A stretch of 33,641 bases of DNA, from the sequence record AJ748296.1. The stretch is one strand, 5' to 3'. Shown piece by piece: positions 17,224 through 27,156 of this stretch (positions within the stretch are counted from its first letter, which is position 1; the number at the start of each line of letters is the position of its first letter). Below the pieces are notes generated by a model that saw only the letters and a program-made list of their open reading frames with translations, did no database searches and had not been told where the DNA came from. The position numbers and the translations under genes were made by a program.

Positions 17224-20200
17224 ATGTTTATAATTTTGAAAAGAAACATTTTAATCAATATGAGTTTTCTACTAAATTTAGGAGAATTAGGAACATTCTT
17301 TGCAGATGAAATTGAAAATTTGGAAAACTTTACTAATTGGATATCTAGTGATTTTATAAATTTTATTAATGCAATAGTTAATGATATTAAAAATATTGCA
17401 AGTTTCCTAGGTCAAGCAATTTCCGATATTCCTACTTTTATGGTAAATATTGCAACTAATTTCTTAACAATTTTACAAAATTTTGTACAAACTGCAATTT
17501 CTACAATTCAAGGATTTGTTTCATGGTTTGAACAACAAGTTGTAGGAGCTTTTGAATTTCTATCTTCTATAGCGTCTGATTTTATAAATTCAGCATATTC
17601 ATTTTTCCAAAATGTGGCAAATGTATTTGCACAAATTATATCAGGTGTAATTTCGGATTTCTTAAACTTTTTTGGAGCTAATATGAAACATATTTCTAAT
17701 GCAATTTCTCAACTTAACCAATTTTTATCGCCATTTATTGCTCCAATTACAATTGGTAAATTTTTACCGGTAATTGTAGATAAATTGGCTGAAATTTTAC
17801 CAGAAATTGAAATAGATTTAGCTCCAGTTGGCTTAGGCGGGAAAATTCCAATTAAATTTGGAGAAATTATAAAAGCTTTTGCAGAAACTTCAGTAGATTT
17901 TTTAAATGAAATAAGAACAGAACTCGCGACAACTTTAAAACAATTTATAAAAGAACCATTTATTTCAGATTTTAAAATTTCTGCAAGAGAAATATTTAAT
18001 GAAATTGGTTTGGGCGATTTGCCATTTGCAGACCCGCCTTTTAACCTAATTGGAAGATGGGTAGCAGTTAGATCATTCGATGAAGTTAAAGATCATCTTA
18101 AAGAAACAATATTACTTACTGGATATCCAGAATGGTTTACTAACGCTTATCTAGAATCTCCAGTTAATGATTTCGCTCCTAGGAATCCTTTATTTAGACC
18201 AGTAGGAATTAGAGATTTAATTTTAGGAGCTCAATATGGAATTTTAAACATTTCAGATTTAGAAAAATATGCGTACAATAATTTATTAACTCCAAAAACT
18301 GCAAAATTAATGTATCAAAATCAAACTGCTAGAATTTTGCAGAGAGCTGTAGAACAAGGAATTAGACAATTCGTGATAACTCCTGAAAAAGCTTACCAAG
18401 AGATTATTGGAAATATTAATCTAACTGGTAAAGAATTGTTCTTAAAAACTTTCACATTAGAATATGAATATGCAGTTCAGAGAATTGTTAGACAATTCTT
18501 AAGATCATTATTATCTAGAGCATTATCAAATTTTGGAAGACCATATTTAGATTTTAAATATTTAGATGAGACAATTGCTAAATTATTTAAAGAACTAGGA
18601 TATCCAGAAGAAGTAAGAACAGTTTTCGATACTATGATTACACAATCTCAGCTAATTTATACTAATCAACTTCTATTAAGACAACTTCAACAAATTGTAA
18701 GACTAGGAATTTTTGATGAGAAAAAGATTAAAGAAGAATTGAAAGCTAATAAATTTAATGAACAAGTAGCATTACAAATTTTAGAAAGTGAACTGCAATT
18801 TGCACAATTGCAAAATACACTAAAAGAATATCAATTCAAATTGAAAAGTTTTCTAATTTCACCAAAAGATGTAGAAAACGATCTAAAGCATATTGGCTTC
18901 GATTCTGTAATTATTTCGGCTTTAATTTACGAAAATCAAATTGAGCCATTAATAAAATTCCAACTATCAAATATAGAAAGTTTGGCGAAAAAAGGCTATT
19001 TATCTTTAGATGAAATTAAAAAACAATTTAAAGCAATTGGAATAATAAAAGAATATGAAGACGCATTTATAAACTTTATAAATCAAGAATTACAAATATC
19101 TGCACTTTTGACAATTTTAAAAAGTCAATTGAGACAATTCCAAATAGATCCAAAAATTGCAGAAGCAGAATTAAAGAAATTGAATATTAATGAATACTTA
19201 TCAAATCAAATAATTCAAGAAGAGTATAATATAAATATAGCAAAATTACAATTAAGCGTAACTGAAAGTATTGCAAAAACATTATATTATGATCAACAAC
19301 AATTATCAGGAGAATTAGGAAAAATAGTAAAAGATAAAACTGCATTAGAACTGTATATTAAAAAATTATATTATGAATACATATATCCAAAAATTATTAA
19401 TTATCATTTACAATTAGCTAGACATGGAATTCTTTCAGATATTTCAAAATTGCCGAGAGAAGTTATAGAATATGAAATTAAGCCGGCACTATTAACTTAC
19501 CAAACTACATTAGAAATTGAATATATAAAAGAATCATTAAAAGATCTGGAAATTAAGCCTGATAATGCAATAAATGAATTAGAGAAATTAGGAATGCAAA
19601 AAGATATAGCTCAATTAATTGTAAATACCTATATTCCTACATTTTACAATATTCATACAATAATTCAAAATATTATTGAAGGACAATTGTATAAAGTCGG
19701 GAAAGTCCCAGTAAACTTAGGTAATGCAGAACCTGAATTAAAGAAATTAGGAATTCCTGATAGTCAAGTGAAAGCACTTTTGGAACAATATTCTACTACT
19801 TTTGGACTTGATATTTGGAGAAAATACTTACCTTCAATTTCCATAATAGAGAACGCAATAAAGTACAATTATCCAGATCAAAAATTAATAGAATATAGCT
19901 TTATCCCATCTGAATTATTGAATTTGTATACAAGTTATTATCAACATTTACTAATTGGTCAAGAAGTTCAATCTTTCAAATCTGAATATATAAATGCATT
20001 AATTTATAATTATCAGAATCTGCAATTAGAAAGTTTATTGAAACAATATGGAATAAATGAATCATTATTAAGCGTTATGAAATTATTTGCACAAGTAAGA
20101 AAAATTGTAACTGGACTTCAAGAACTATATCTCACGCCGACAAAAGCTCTTTCAATTAGCGAATATGTATCAAATCCACAACAATTACTACAAAAAGTAT

Positions 20201-20436
20201 TTACAGAATTCCAGATTCCGCAAGAACTACAAAATACATATTTTGAATATGCGAGAAATAGGAGAGTTAGTAGATATGTTAACGAAATAATTACAACAAT
20301 TAATCTATTATTTGAAAGACATAAAATTGACCTTAACACTGCACAATCCTATCTTCAACAACTAAAGAAATATGGATTAACAGATGAAGAAATTCAACTA
20401 ATATTACTCAATTGGCAATTAAGAAGTGCTTACTAA
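17224..20436 (+). CDS. Large virion terminal-fibre protein (ORF1070; alternative start at 17260)
   Basis: 1070-aa helical ORF at the canonical rudivirus position; amphipathic N-terminus and repeated ELKKLG-type units. Confidence 0.9.
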   Translation: MFIILKRNILINMSFLLNLGELGTFFADEIENLENFTNWISSDFINFINAIVNDIKNIASFLGQAISDIPTFMVNIATNFLTILQNFVQTAISTIQGFVSWFEQQVVGAFEFLSSIASDFINSAYSFFQNVANVFAQIISGVISDFLNFFGANMKHISNAISQLNQFLSPFIAPITIGKFLPVIVDKLAEILPEIEIDLAPVGLGGKIPIKFGEIIKAFAETSVDFLNEIRTELATTLKQFIKEPFISDFKISAREIFNEIGLGDLPFADPPFNLIGRWVAVRSFDEVKDHLKETILLTGYPEWFTNAYLESPVNDFAPRNPLFRPVGIRDLILGAQYGILNISDLEKYAYNNLLTPKTAKLMYQNQTARILQRAVEQGIRQFVITPEKAYQEIIGNINLTGKELFLKTFTLEYEYAVQRIVRQFLRSLLSRALSNFGRPYLDFKYLDETIAKLFKELGYPEEVRTVFDTMITQSQLIYTNQLLLRQLQQIVRLGIFDEKKIKEELKANKFNEQVALQILESELQFAQLQNTLKEYQFKLKSFLISPKDVENDLKHIGFDSVIISALIYENQIEPLIKFQLSNIESLAKKGYLSLDEIKKQFKAIGIIKEYEDAFINFINQELQISALLTILKSQLRQFQIDPKIAEAELKKLNINEYLSNQIIQEEYNINIAKLQLSVTESIAKTLYYDQQQLSGELGKIVKDKTALELYIKKLYYEYIYPKIINYHLQLARHGILSDISKLPREVIEYEIKPALLTYQTTLEIEYIKESLKDLEIKPDNAINELEKLGMQKDIAQLIVNTYIPTFYNIHTIIQNIIEGQLYKVGKVPVNLGNAEPELKKLGIPDSQVKALLEQYSTTFGLDIWRKYLPSISIIENAIKYNYPDQKLIEYSFIPSELLNLYTSYYQHLLIGQEVQSFKSEYINALIYNYQNLQLESLLKQYGINESLLSVMKLFAQVRKIVTGLQELYLTPTKALSISEYVSNPQQLLQKVFTEFQIPQELQNTYFEYARNRRVSRYVNEIITTINLLFERHKIDLNTAQSYLQQLKKYGLTDEEIQLILLNWQLRSAY

Positions 20437-20511
20437 CAATTTCCAAACACTATATACATTATATATTTTATATGAATTATAGTTGACAGACTTACATGAG
20501 AAACAACTCAT

Positions 20512-20529
20512 ATACATTATATTATGTAT
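20512..20529. promoter_or_regulatory. Palindromic box ATACAT-N6-ATGTAT upstream of the ORF564-family gene
   Basis: atacat tatatt atgtat, 43 nt before the ATG at 20573. Confidence 0.6.
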
Positions 20530-20572
20530 TAGATTTGAGTTTTTATTTACGGCATTTTTGATATATTATATC

Positions 20573-22225
20573 ATGCCTTTACCATATAAAGTAAACTTTA
20601 AATTGCCGTTAGAATACCTATCTCTCCAAGATTGGAATAACTTTGTTCAGAATTTAATATTTATAAATCAATATGGATCCGCTAAACTATTACAATATTA
20701 TCAAAATGGTAGTTTTCAAAATCTAAAAGATGTATTTGCAAAATATTTATATGTAGCACAGTTAAAAGTAAATGGATATAACGTATTATATAATTTGGCA
20801 AAACCTTTAGCATATACTTTTGGAAATGTTTTTCAAGAACTTATAAATAAACCTATTATCGAACTGTCTGAAGTTATTGTTCCAATACCATCATTAAATT
20901 ATAATACAAATTTCAAATTACCATCCATAGAAAAACAAATAGAAGTATTAATTCCTAACTTAATTTCTAAAATTACAATTCATGATCAAATAGCTGGCAC
21001 ACAATTTGTATTTTCTGGAAGTTCAAATTTAGAACAATTAACATATCAATATTTAAATCCTCAATATCTTCAAACTTGGAGAAGTATAACATTACAAAAT
21101 TTAGGTAATAGTTCAATTCAAATAAATAATTCAATTTATTTAATGCCGAAACAGTGTCTAAAAATTACAGTTTCAAATCCGCAAGATATACAAATTTCGG
21201 CACAAAATCCTACATTAGTAAGTGAATTAATTGAATTTGGAACAATTAAAATTACTGCTTATACAATTACAATTTCAAATTCTCAACCTGATCCAACCCC
21301 ATCTCCATTTCAACAATTACTAATTCTTAATTTATCAAACATAATTTCTAGTCCTTCTCAGTTACTTAATTTACAATTTTGCTTAGATGCTCAGTGTCAA
21401 ACGTCATTATATGCTTGGATTGAAAGTTATAATTCAAATTTATCAAGTGTATATATTTGGGTTAATTTACCGATTTCAATTCCAGCAAATTCTTCAATTA
21501 CAATTTATATGTTTGTAAGAAATACAATTCAATATCCTTATACTGGAATGGCGTCTAATTTAACTTCAACTTATGGACAATACGATAATGGTGAAAATGT
21601 ATTTCTATATTATAATGTTAATCCAACATCTACATCTGCCTGGACTATTTCGGGAAGTGCCGGTCTAACGACATCTGCACCTTCTGGATCTTATTTCTCT
21701 TCACCAAATGCATATTATGCTAATAGTGCAGTTGGAGATTATATGTATACCCAAATACCTAAGTTAAATACTAATGTAATTATAACATTTGATGTTTATA
21801 CTACTGGATTAGGAGATTTGTTTTTCTTAGTAAATAGTAGCGGAGCTGGACAAATGGCAAGACTAGATGGTAGAGGAAGTTCATATTATTCAGGTTTAGC
21901 AACAACATCCTCATGGACTTCATGGAATGCCCCGCCTTCTGGATTATCTGAAACTACAAATACATGGTATAAATATGATATTATTATATCAGGTTCAACA
22001 GCTACTGCATATATTGGCCCTGTTTCAAATAAATTAGCAACATTTGGAAATCAAGCAAATCAATTAACAATTTCCAATAATGGTAATTACCTCGGTCTTA
22101 TCGGAGATGGTTTAGGAAGTAGTTATATCACATACTGGAATGGTTTCGTTATTCGTGCTTTACCGCCTAATAATGTAATGCCATCTAATACAAATCCACA
22201 ATTAACTACAATTTATGTCGCGTGA
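20573..22225 (+). CDS. Minor virion protein (ORF562/564 family) with DUF2341-like and beta-sandwich C-terminal part
   Basis: Likely start MPLPYKV at 20573 (track start 20483); PTPSPFQQLL..LYAWIE..IWV.LP..IPAN..ITIYM resembles DUF2341; Ser/Thr/Gly-rich C-terminus. Confidence 0.85.
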   Translation: MPLPYKVNFKLPLEYLSLQDWNNFVQNLIFINQYGSAKLLQYYQNGSFQNLKDVFAKYLYVAQLKVNGYNVLYNLAKPLAYTFGNVFQELINKPIIELSEVIVPIPSLNYNTNFKLPSIEKQIEVLIPNLISKITIHDQIAGTQFVFSGSSNLEQLTYQYLNPQYLQTWRSITLQNLGNSSIQINNSIYLMPKQCLKITVSNPQDIQISAQNPTLVSELIEFGTIKITAYTITISNSQPDPTPSPFQQLLILNLSNIISSPSQLLNLQFCLDAQCQTSLYAWIESYNSNLSSVYIWVNLPISIPANSSITIYMFVRNTIQYPYTGMASNLTSTYGQYDNGENVFLYYNVNPTSTSAWTISGSAGLTTSAPSGSYFSSPNAYYANSAVGDYMYTQIPKLNTNVIITFDVYTTGLGDLFFLVNSSGAGQMARLDGRGSSYYSGLATTSSWTSWNAPPSGLSETTNTWYKYDIIISGSTATAYIGPVSNKLATFGNQANQLTISNNGNYLGLIGDGLGSSYITYWNGFVIRALPPNNVMPSNTNPQLTTIYVA

Positions 22226-22231
22226 TCTATA

Positions 22232-23485
22232 ATGTCTTCAACTTGTTATCCAATTACTTCATTTGGAAATTTATTGAATAAAATAGCTAAACAATCTTTA
22301 ATTTCATCTCAAGTCTGGAACGAAATAGTTCAAGATCTTTATACTGCATATTCAGTTTACAAATATATAAATACAACATTACAATATCAACTTTTCTATG
22401 GAAATATATATACTCTTTATGATTTATTTAACAATTTAGATTTATATATTTTAAATGCAAAACCATATCCATTTACGCCATTAATCCAAGCTAGACCTGG
22501 ATTACCATTAACTGTAAATTACATGAATAATTTAATAAATGCAATTACGAAAGTAGCAAATGAAAATAATATAGCATTAGCAAAACCTTTAAATTTTGTT
22601 CAGTCTAATGAAATTGTAACATCTAGAAAAATTAATGATATTATATATGCAATTAATCAATTCTTAACTTTTGATTATAATACTTATTTTCTATTAGATT
22701 GTAATGGCTCACTATTTAATAATTTAATAAATTCCAAATCGGCATTTTTAAATGTATTAATTGATAATCCTTCACAAAATATTTCTACTAATAATATATA
22801 TATCAAAAATTTGATTATAAATTATTTAAATACATTTTTGAATTTTTATGGAAGTTCAGCTATCGATAATCTTTTAGTTGGAAAAACTTATACTAATTTC
22901 GGAATAAATACATATGATAACTCATATATTCAAAAAATTATAATGTATCAACTTTATGGTTTAATAGAAACATATAATAATTCATATATTCAAAAAATTA
23001 TAGTTAATGAACTTAATGGTGCAATAGAAACAAATGATAATTCATATATTGACACAATTATAGTTAATCAACTTAATAATGCAATAAATGCATTTGATAA
23101 TTCGTATATTAAAACAGTTATAATTAATCAATTTAATGGCAGTATGTATATACTTTCATATATTGATACAATTATATTTACTCAACTTTCTATATATCTG
23201 CCCATAAATACTGGTAATCATATAGGAAATCTTATAATTAATACAAATTATGGAACTCCAGAAATATCTGATAGTACAGTTCTACAAAATTTTATAATTG
23301 ATACAAATTATCAAGAAATAGATATAGATGAATACGCAATTATAAAAAATCTTATAATTAATACAAATTATGGAACTGTAAAAATATATGATAATGCAAT
23401 TGTTGAAAATTTGATATGTAAACAAAATTATGGACAAATACAAATAAGCGGAAATGCACAAGTAATAAATAATAATTGTCAATAA
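22232..23485 (+). CDS. 417-aa protein with C-terminal 20-aa beta-solenoid-like repeats
   Basis: Repeats DNSYIQKIIMYQLYGLIETY / NNSYIQKIIVNELNGAIETN / DNSYIDTIIVNQLNNAINAF and NLIINTNYGT x2. Confidence 0.85.
   Translation: MSSTCYPITSFGNLLNKIAKQSLISSQVWNEIVQDLYTAYSVYKYINTTLQYQLFYGNIYTLYDLFNNLDLYILNAKPYPFTPLIQARPGLPLTVNYMNNLINAITKVANENNIALAKPLNFVQSNEIVTSRKINDIIYAINQFLTFDYNTYFLLDCNGSLFNNLINSKSAFLNVLIDNPSQNISTNNIYIKNLIINYLNTFLNFYGSSAIDNLLVGKTYTNFGINTYDNSYIQKIIMYQLYGLIETYNNSYIQKIIVNELNGAIETNDNSYIDTIIVNQLNNAINAFDNSYIKTVIINQFNGSMYILSYIDTIIFTQLSIYLPINTGNHIGNLIINTNYGTPEISDSTVLQNFIIDTNYQEIDIDEYAIIKNLIINTNYGTVKIYDNAIVENLICKQNYGQIQISGNAQVINNNCQ
22916..23380 (+). repeat. In-frame 60-bp tandem repeats inside ORF417
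   Basis: Units at 22916, 22976, 23036 and 23096; exact 31-bp duplicate at 23227-23257 and 23347-23377. Confidence 0.85.
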
Positions 23486-23962
23486 CTATAATTTACAGAA
23501 TACAAATTCTCTATTATCATCAGTTACAAAAGTTAGAATTGTTCCGTATAATTTTCTTAATAAATCGAATCTATTTTCTGTCCAATCATGTATAGCTATG
23601 CAATATTGTTTATATTTCTGTAATTTAGAAAAATCTAGATTTTTCTCACAGCCTTCACAATCCATAACTAGAATATCAGTATCTGGATATTCGTTACTTT
23701 TCCATTCACCTTTTGATTCAACTTTATCACAAATCTTGAATTCTTTACAAACTGTTTCTTTAAAGATTTGATTTAGTTTCTCTTCTTTTTCAAATCCAAT
23801 TATCTTTTTCGCTCCTTTCAATAGAAAATATAAAGCAGAACTACCACAGTCATTTCCAATTATTGTAATTGTTTTATCTTTTACATCTAATTTTGAATAT
23901 GCAAATTCGAATTCCCTCCAATAACAGCACTGCAATTTACAAAAATAATCATCAAAATTCAT
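23486..23962 (-). CDS. SAM-dependent methyltransferase (ORF158, FkbM-like)
   Basis: IIGNDCGSSAL (motif I variant), IIGFEKE, and ILVMDCEGCE. Confidence 0.85.
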   Translation of the reverse strand: MNFDDYFCKLQCCYWREFEFAYSKLDVKDKTITIIGNDCGSSALYFLLKGAKKIIGFEKEEKLNQIFKETVCKEFKICDKVESKGEWKSNEYPDTDILVMDCEGCEKNLDFSKLQKYKQYCIAIHDWTENRFDLLRKLYGTILTFVTDDNREFVFCKL

Positions 23963-24768
23963 TATTGAACTACCTCAAATAGAGCATAAACTGTGCATTT
24001 TCCAGTAGCCCAGGCGTAAACGTTACTAGGATTTCTAACGTGAAATTCTAAACTATCTCCTGGCAAAATCGGGAAACTATTATATAATTTGTTACCGATA
24101 TATACAATATAATTACTTAAATTTTGCAAAATTATTCTAACTGTTTCTATTGTAGAACCATTATAAATTGGAGATGGAATTGTTGATAAACTAATTTGCA
24201 AACCTTCTATAGTTGGAGGAGATAAAAATAAAGTTAATTTATTTAAAGTATTAGCTAATCCGACAGTCGCTAAATAGAAATATGTGAAAGTATAAGCTAA
24301 AAAATCTGCAATTGAATAAAGAGCATTTATTCCAGTTTTTTGTAATTGTGAAATTTGAGAACTTAAAGTAGAAGTTAAATCTGAAATAGTTCTATACAAA
24401 TTTGTATATAAATCATATGAAATTTCTTTTGGTAATTGAGAAATAGAATAATAAAGTTGTTGATTTGAATATAGAATTTGGTTAATTTGTTGATTTGCAG
24501 TTCCAATAAAACCTGCAATATATATTGGATCTTGTTCTGTTAGTACTGGTTGTCCAGATACGTAAACTTCTTTCTGGAAAAATCCAGCTAATGCAGATAT
24601 ATTATTCGGGATATATAGATTTCCATTTTGTAGAATTGAAGTTAAGGAATTTCCACCAGTTTCATAAAGTTGATATAGAAGTAATGTAGCAGTGTTCCAC
24701 ATACTTGACGTTAATCTCTGGAATGGACTAGCTAAAAGTGAAGAAATTGAAGTATAAGTTACACTCAT
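23962..24768 (-). CDS. Conserved rudiviral 268-aa protein
   Basis: Clean ORF, Ser/Thr/Asn-rich like the virion proteins; palindrome-like box at 24821-24838. Confidence 0.8.
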   Translation of the reverse strand: MSVTYTSISSLLASPFQRLTSSMWNTATLLLYQLYETGGNSLTSILQNGNLYIPNNISALAGFFQKEVYVSGQPVLTEQDPIYIAGFIGTANQQINQILYSNQQLYYSISQLPKEISYDLYTNLYRTISDLTSTLSSQISQLQKTGINALYSIADFLAYTFTYFYLATVGLANTLNKLTLFLSPPTIEGLQISLSTIPSPIYNGSTIETVRIILQNLSNYIVYIGNKLYNSFPILPGDSLEFHVRNPSNVYAWATGKCTVYALFEVVQ

Positions 24769-24899
24769 ACAATTTTAATAAGTAACTGACTAAAATAAAG
24801 TGTCACATCTTATAACTCATATATATTATATAATGTATATGGTTTGTTCTCATTTAGATCATTTAAAATTAAAATATGTCATATTGTTTAGAAATTATT

Positions 24900-25505
24900 A
24901 TGAAAATTTTCACTTTTGTTGGATTTACAAAACATTTAGATGAACTAGATTTTGATTACGTAGTAGTCGATAAAACTTTTAATGATATGTCTGATGATCA
25001 AATCAAAAAATATCAAGAAAAAATAATTTGGATCATGACAAATACAGAAATAAGATGGTTGAGAATTGCAAAACAATTATTAACAATTGTAAATTTTGCA
25101 AAAAATATAGAAGATGATATAATTGCAATTATTGATAGTGATTTAATTATACCAAATTTAAGAGAAATTATTCCAAACGAAAGAATTTTTACACCGTGCT
25201 ACTGGCTTTATTACGACTGGGCAAATGAAATTAGACCATTTTGTAGTGGTACAAATTATATTTTCAGAAAATCATTACTACCATATCTGGAATATACAAT
25301 AAATACATATATAGAAAATGAATATTATAAAGAAATACCAGTTGATATTTTTATCCATAATTTCATTCCACATATGAATATATTAAAATTAGGAACTATT
25401 CATTATGTAAAAACTCCAATTGGAGAAATAAAAATGGAATTTAGATATGAAGATATTCAACAAATTTTCAAACATATCCCTGAATTTGTACTTCTGATAG
25501 GTTGA
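24900..25505 (+). CDS. Putative GT-A glycosyltransferase (ORF209 family; likely start MKIFT at 24900)
   Basis: YVVVD and IIAIIDSDLII (DXD motif); the track start at 24876 overlaps the TGTCATA box. Confidence 0.65.
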   Translation: MKIFTFVGFTKHLDELDFDYVVVDKTFNDMSDDQIKKYQEKIIWIMTNTEIRWLRIAKQLLTIVNFAKNIEDDIIAIIDSDLIIPNLREIIPNERIFTPCYWLYYDWANEIRPFCSGTNYIFRKSLLPYLEYTINTYIENEYYKEIPVDIFIHNFIPHMNILKLGTIHYVKTPIGEIKMEFRYEDIQQIFKHIPEFVLLIG

Positions 25506-25512
25506 TCTAGAA

Positions 25513-26583
25513 ATGCAGAAAACTATTTTCTATGTTTATCCACAACATCACGACGTTTCTTTCAAATTTGTAGCTCAAGAACATGTAAAAATGCTTAGAG
25601 AGAAATACATAGTTTACGAAATTCCAACTTTATCATTCTATCAGTTCACTCCTTTCAGATATCCAATTTCCATAATTCATCCGCTATTCTATTCTATGTG
25701 GAAATGGGGAAAAATAGAGTTTTCATTTTTTGAACAATATAGAACTAGAGTTTCCGCACTTCTAGGAGTTGAAGTAGCAGATACTGATAAAATTGCAAAA
25801 CAATATATAGAATATGCAAATAATTTTACGGATGGAATGATTTTAAATTCTGAGTGGTCTGTTAATGCATTTAAAAATTCTGGATTAAAAGTACCGGCTT
25901 ATAAAGTTTTCCATAATTTTAAAGATAGATTATTAGCAAAAAATGAAGAACTAAAATTAGATGATCAAATTCTATATATTGAAAAATTAAAGAAAGAGAA
26001 GAATTTCAAATTAATATTTATCTCATTATGGCATAGTGATTATAGAAAAGGTGCCGATATTTTTCATGTAATAGCTAAGGAACTACAAAAAGAAAGAAAT
26101 GACATATATTTTCTAGTAAAAAGCGGATTACCGAGAACTGATTTTCAAGATCTCAAAATGTTTAACATTTTCGGAAATACTTCATTTGATAATATCGTTA
26201 AAATGTATAGAATTTCAGACTTATATTTACTAACTAGTAGAGGCGGTAGTTTCGAATTAAATGGTCTAGAAGCATTTATAAGCAAAATTCCCGCGTTAGC
26301 GACAAAAGGTGGAGCTTGGGAAGATTATTATCCTCCTAATTTGAAAGATCTCCTAATTGATAGCTGTGAAAATCCACAAATATTTCCAGATAATCCAATT
26401 CATATTGGAAATGGAGTTCAAATGTGTATAGGAAAAGCTATAGATAAAATTCTAGAAGTACTAGATAATTATGATAACTATAAAGCTAAAATTGAGGAAA
26501 ATTACAATTTCTGGATAGAAAACTTTAGCTATAATGCAGTAAAAAAACAATTACTTGAAGTTATGGAAAAATATTCTAATTAA
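25513..26583 (+). CDS. GT-B (GT4) glycosyltransferase (ORF356)
   Basis: RKGAD and SRGGSFELNGLEAFISKIPALAT motifs. Confidence 0.92.
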   Translation: MQKTIFYVYPQHHDVSFKFVAQEHVKMLREKYIVYEIPTLSFYQFTPFRYPISIIHPLFYSMWKWGKIEFSFFEQYRTRVSALLGVEVADTDKIAKQYIEYANNFTDGMILNSEWSVNAFKNSGLKVPAYKVFHNFKDRLLAKNEELKLDDQILYIEKLKKEKNFKLIFISLWHSDYRKGADIFHVIAKELQKERNDIYFLVKSGLPRTDFQDLKMFNIFGNTSFDNIVKMYRISDLYLLTSRGGSFELNGLEAFISKIPALATKGGAWEDYYPPNLKDLLIDSCENPQIFPDNPIHIGNGVQMCIGKAIDKILEVLDNYDNYKAKIEENYNFWIENFSYNAVKKQLLEVMEKYSN

Positions 26584-26856
26584 TTACCGAGACCTCCAAA
26601 AATCAATTTCGATAATACAGACTTTGTTATCTTTCCAAAAATAATTAATTATTGAATGAATATTGTTTCTATATTCATAAAAATCAACTGTTCTATTTTT
26701 TTCAGCATATCTATACGTTAAATCACCATCTTTAATAATTTCTTCAAATTGATTATACGAAACTATTATTTCTTTATTTAACATTAAATTCATTCTTACT
26801 ATCGTCTGATCCTGGAAAAATTTCTCAACAATTGATTTTAATTCTTCAAACTCCAT
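26584..26856 (-). CDS. AcrID1-family paralogue (90 aa from MEFEEL)
   Basis: MEFEELKSIVEKFF....EII..Q FEE....DFYEY...INYF.KD.KV.IIEIDFWR; GGTGG RBS. Confidence 0.7.
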   Translation of the reverse strand: MEFEELKSIVEKFFQDQTIVRMNLMLNKEIIVSYNQFEEIIKDGDLTYRYAEKNRTVDFYEYRNNIHSIINYFWKDNKVCIIEIDFWRSR

Positions 26857-26868
26857 TTTTACCACCTC

Positions 26869-27156
26869 TTATCTTTTCTCACGAAATAGATCAATTTCTA
26901 GAATATGTATAAAACCTTTTTCTTTAAAATAATAAATAATAAGTTTAACAAGTGTATTTGATAATTCATAATATACAAACTCATCTGATAATACCCAAGG
27001 ATCTTTATCTACAAAAGATAGATTTGGTCTTCCTACTAATTCGTTATACTCATTTTCTGAAACTATTAAAGGTCTCTTAAAGGCTAAAGTTAACTCATTA
27101 AGATTTTTTTCTTTAAAAAACATGTCTATAATTCGTTTAACTTTTTTCAAATTCAT
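26869..27156 (-). CDS. AcrID1-family paralogue (95 aa from MNLKK)
   Basis: KRIIDMFFKEKNLNELTL.F.RPL.VSE.EY.EL....DEFVYYE..KLIIYYFKE....ILEIDLFR. Confidence 0.7.
   Translation of the reverse strand: MNLKKVKRIIDMFFKEKNLNELTLAFKRPLIVSENEYNELVGRPNLSFVDKDPWVLSDEFVYYELSNTLVKLIIYYFKEKGFIHILEIDLFREKR

Noticed and set aside
17109-17309. 66-aa ORF before ORF1070
   Set aside because: Non-ATG start, overlaps the ORF1070 start in another frame, no RBS; more likely regulatory DNA.
20118-20339. 73-aa minus-strand ORF
   Set aside because: Antisense inside ORF1070.
23282-23482. 66-aa minus-strand ORF
   Set aside because: Antisense shadow of the ORF417 repeats.
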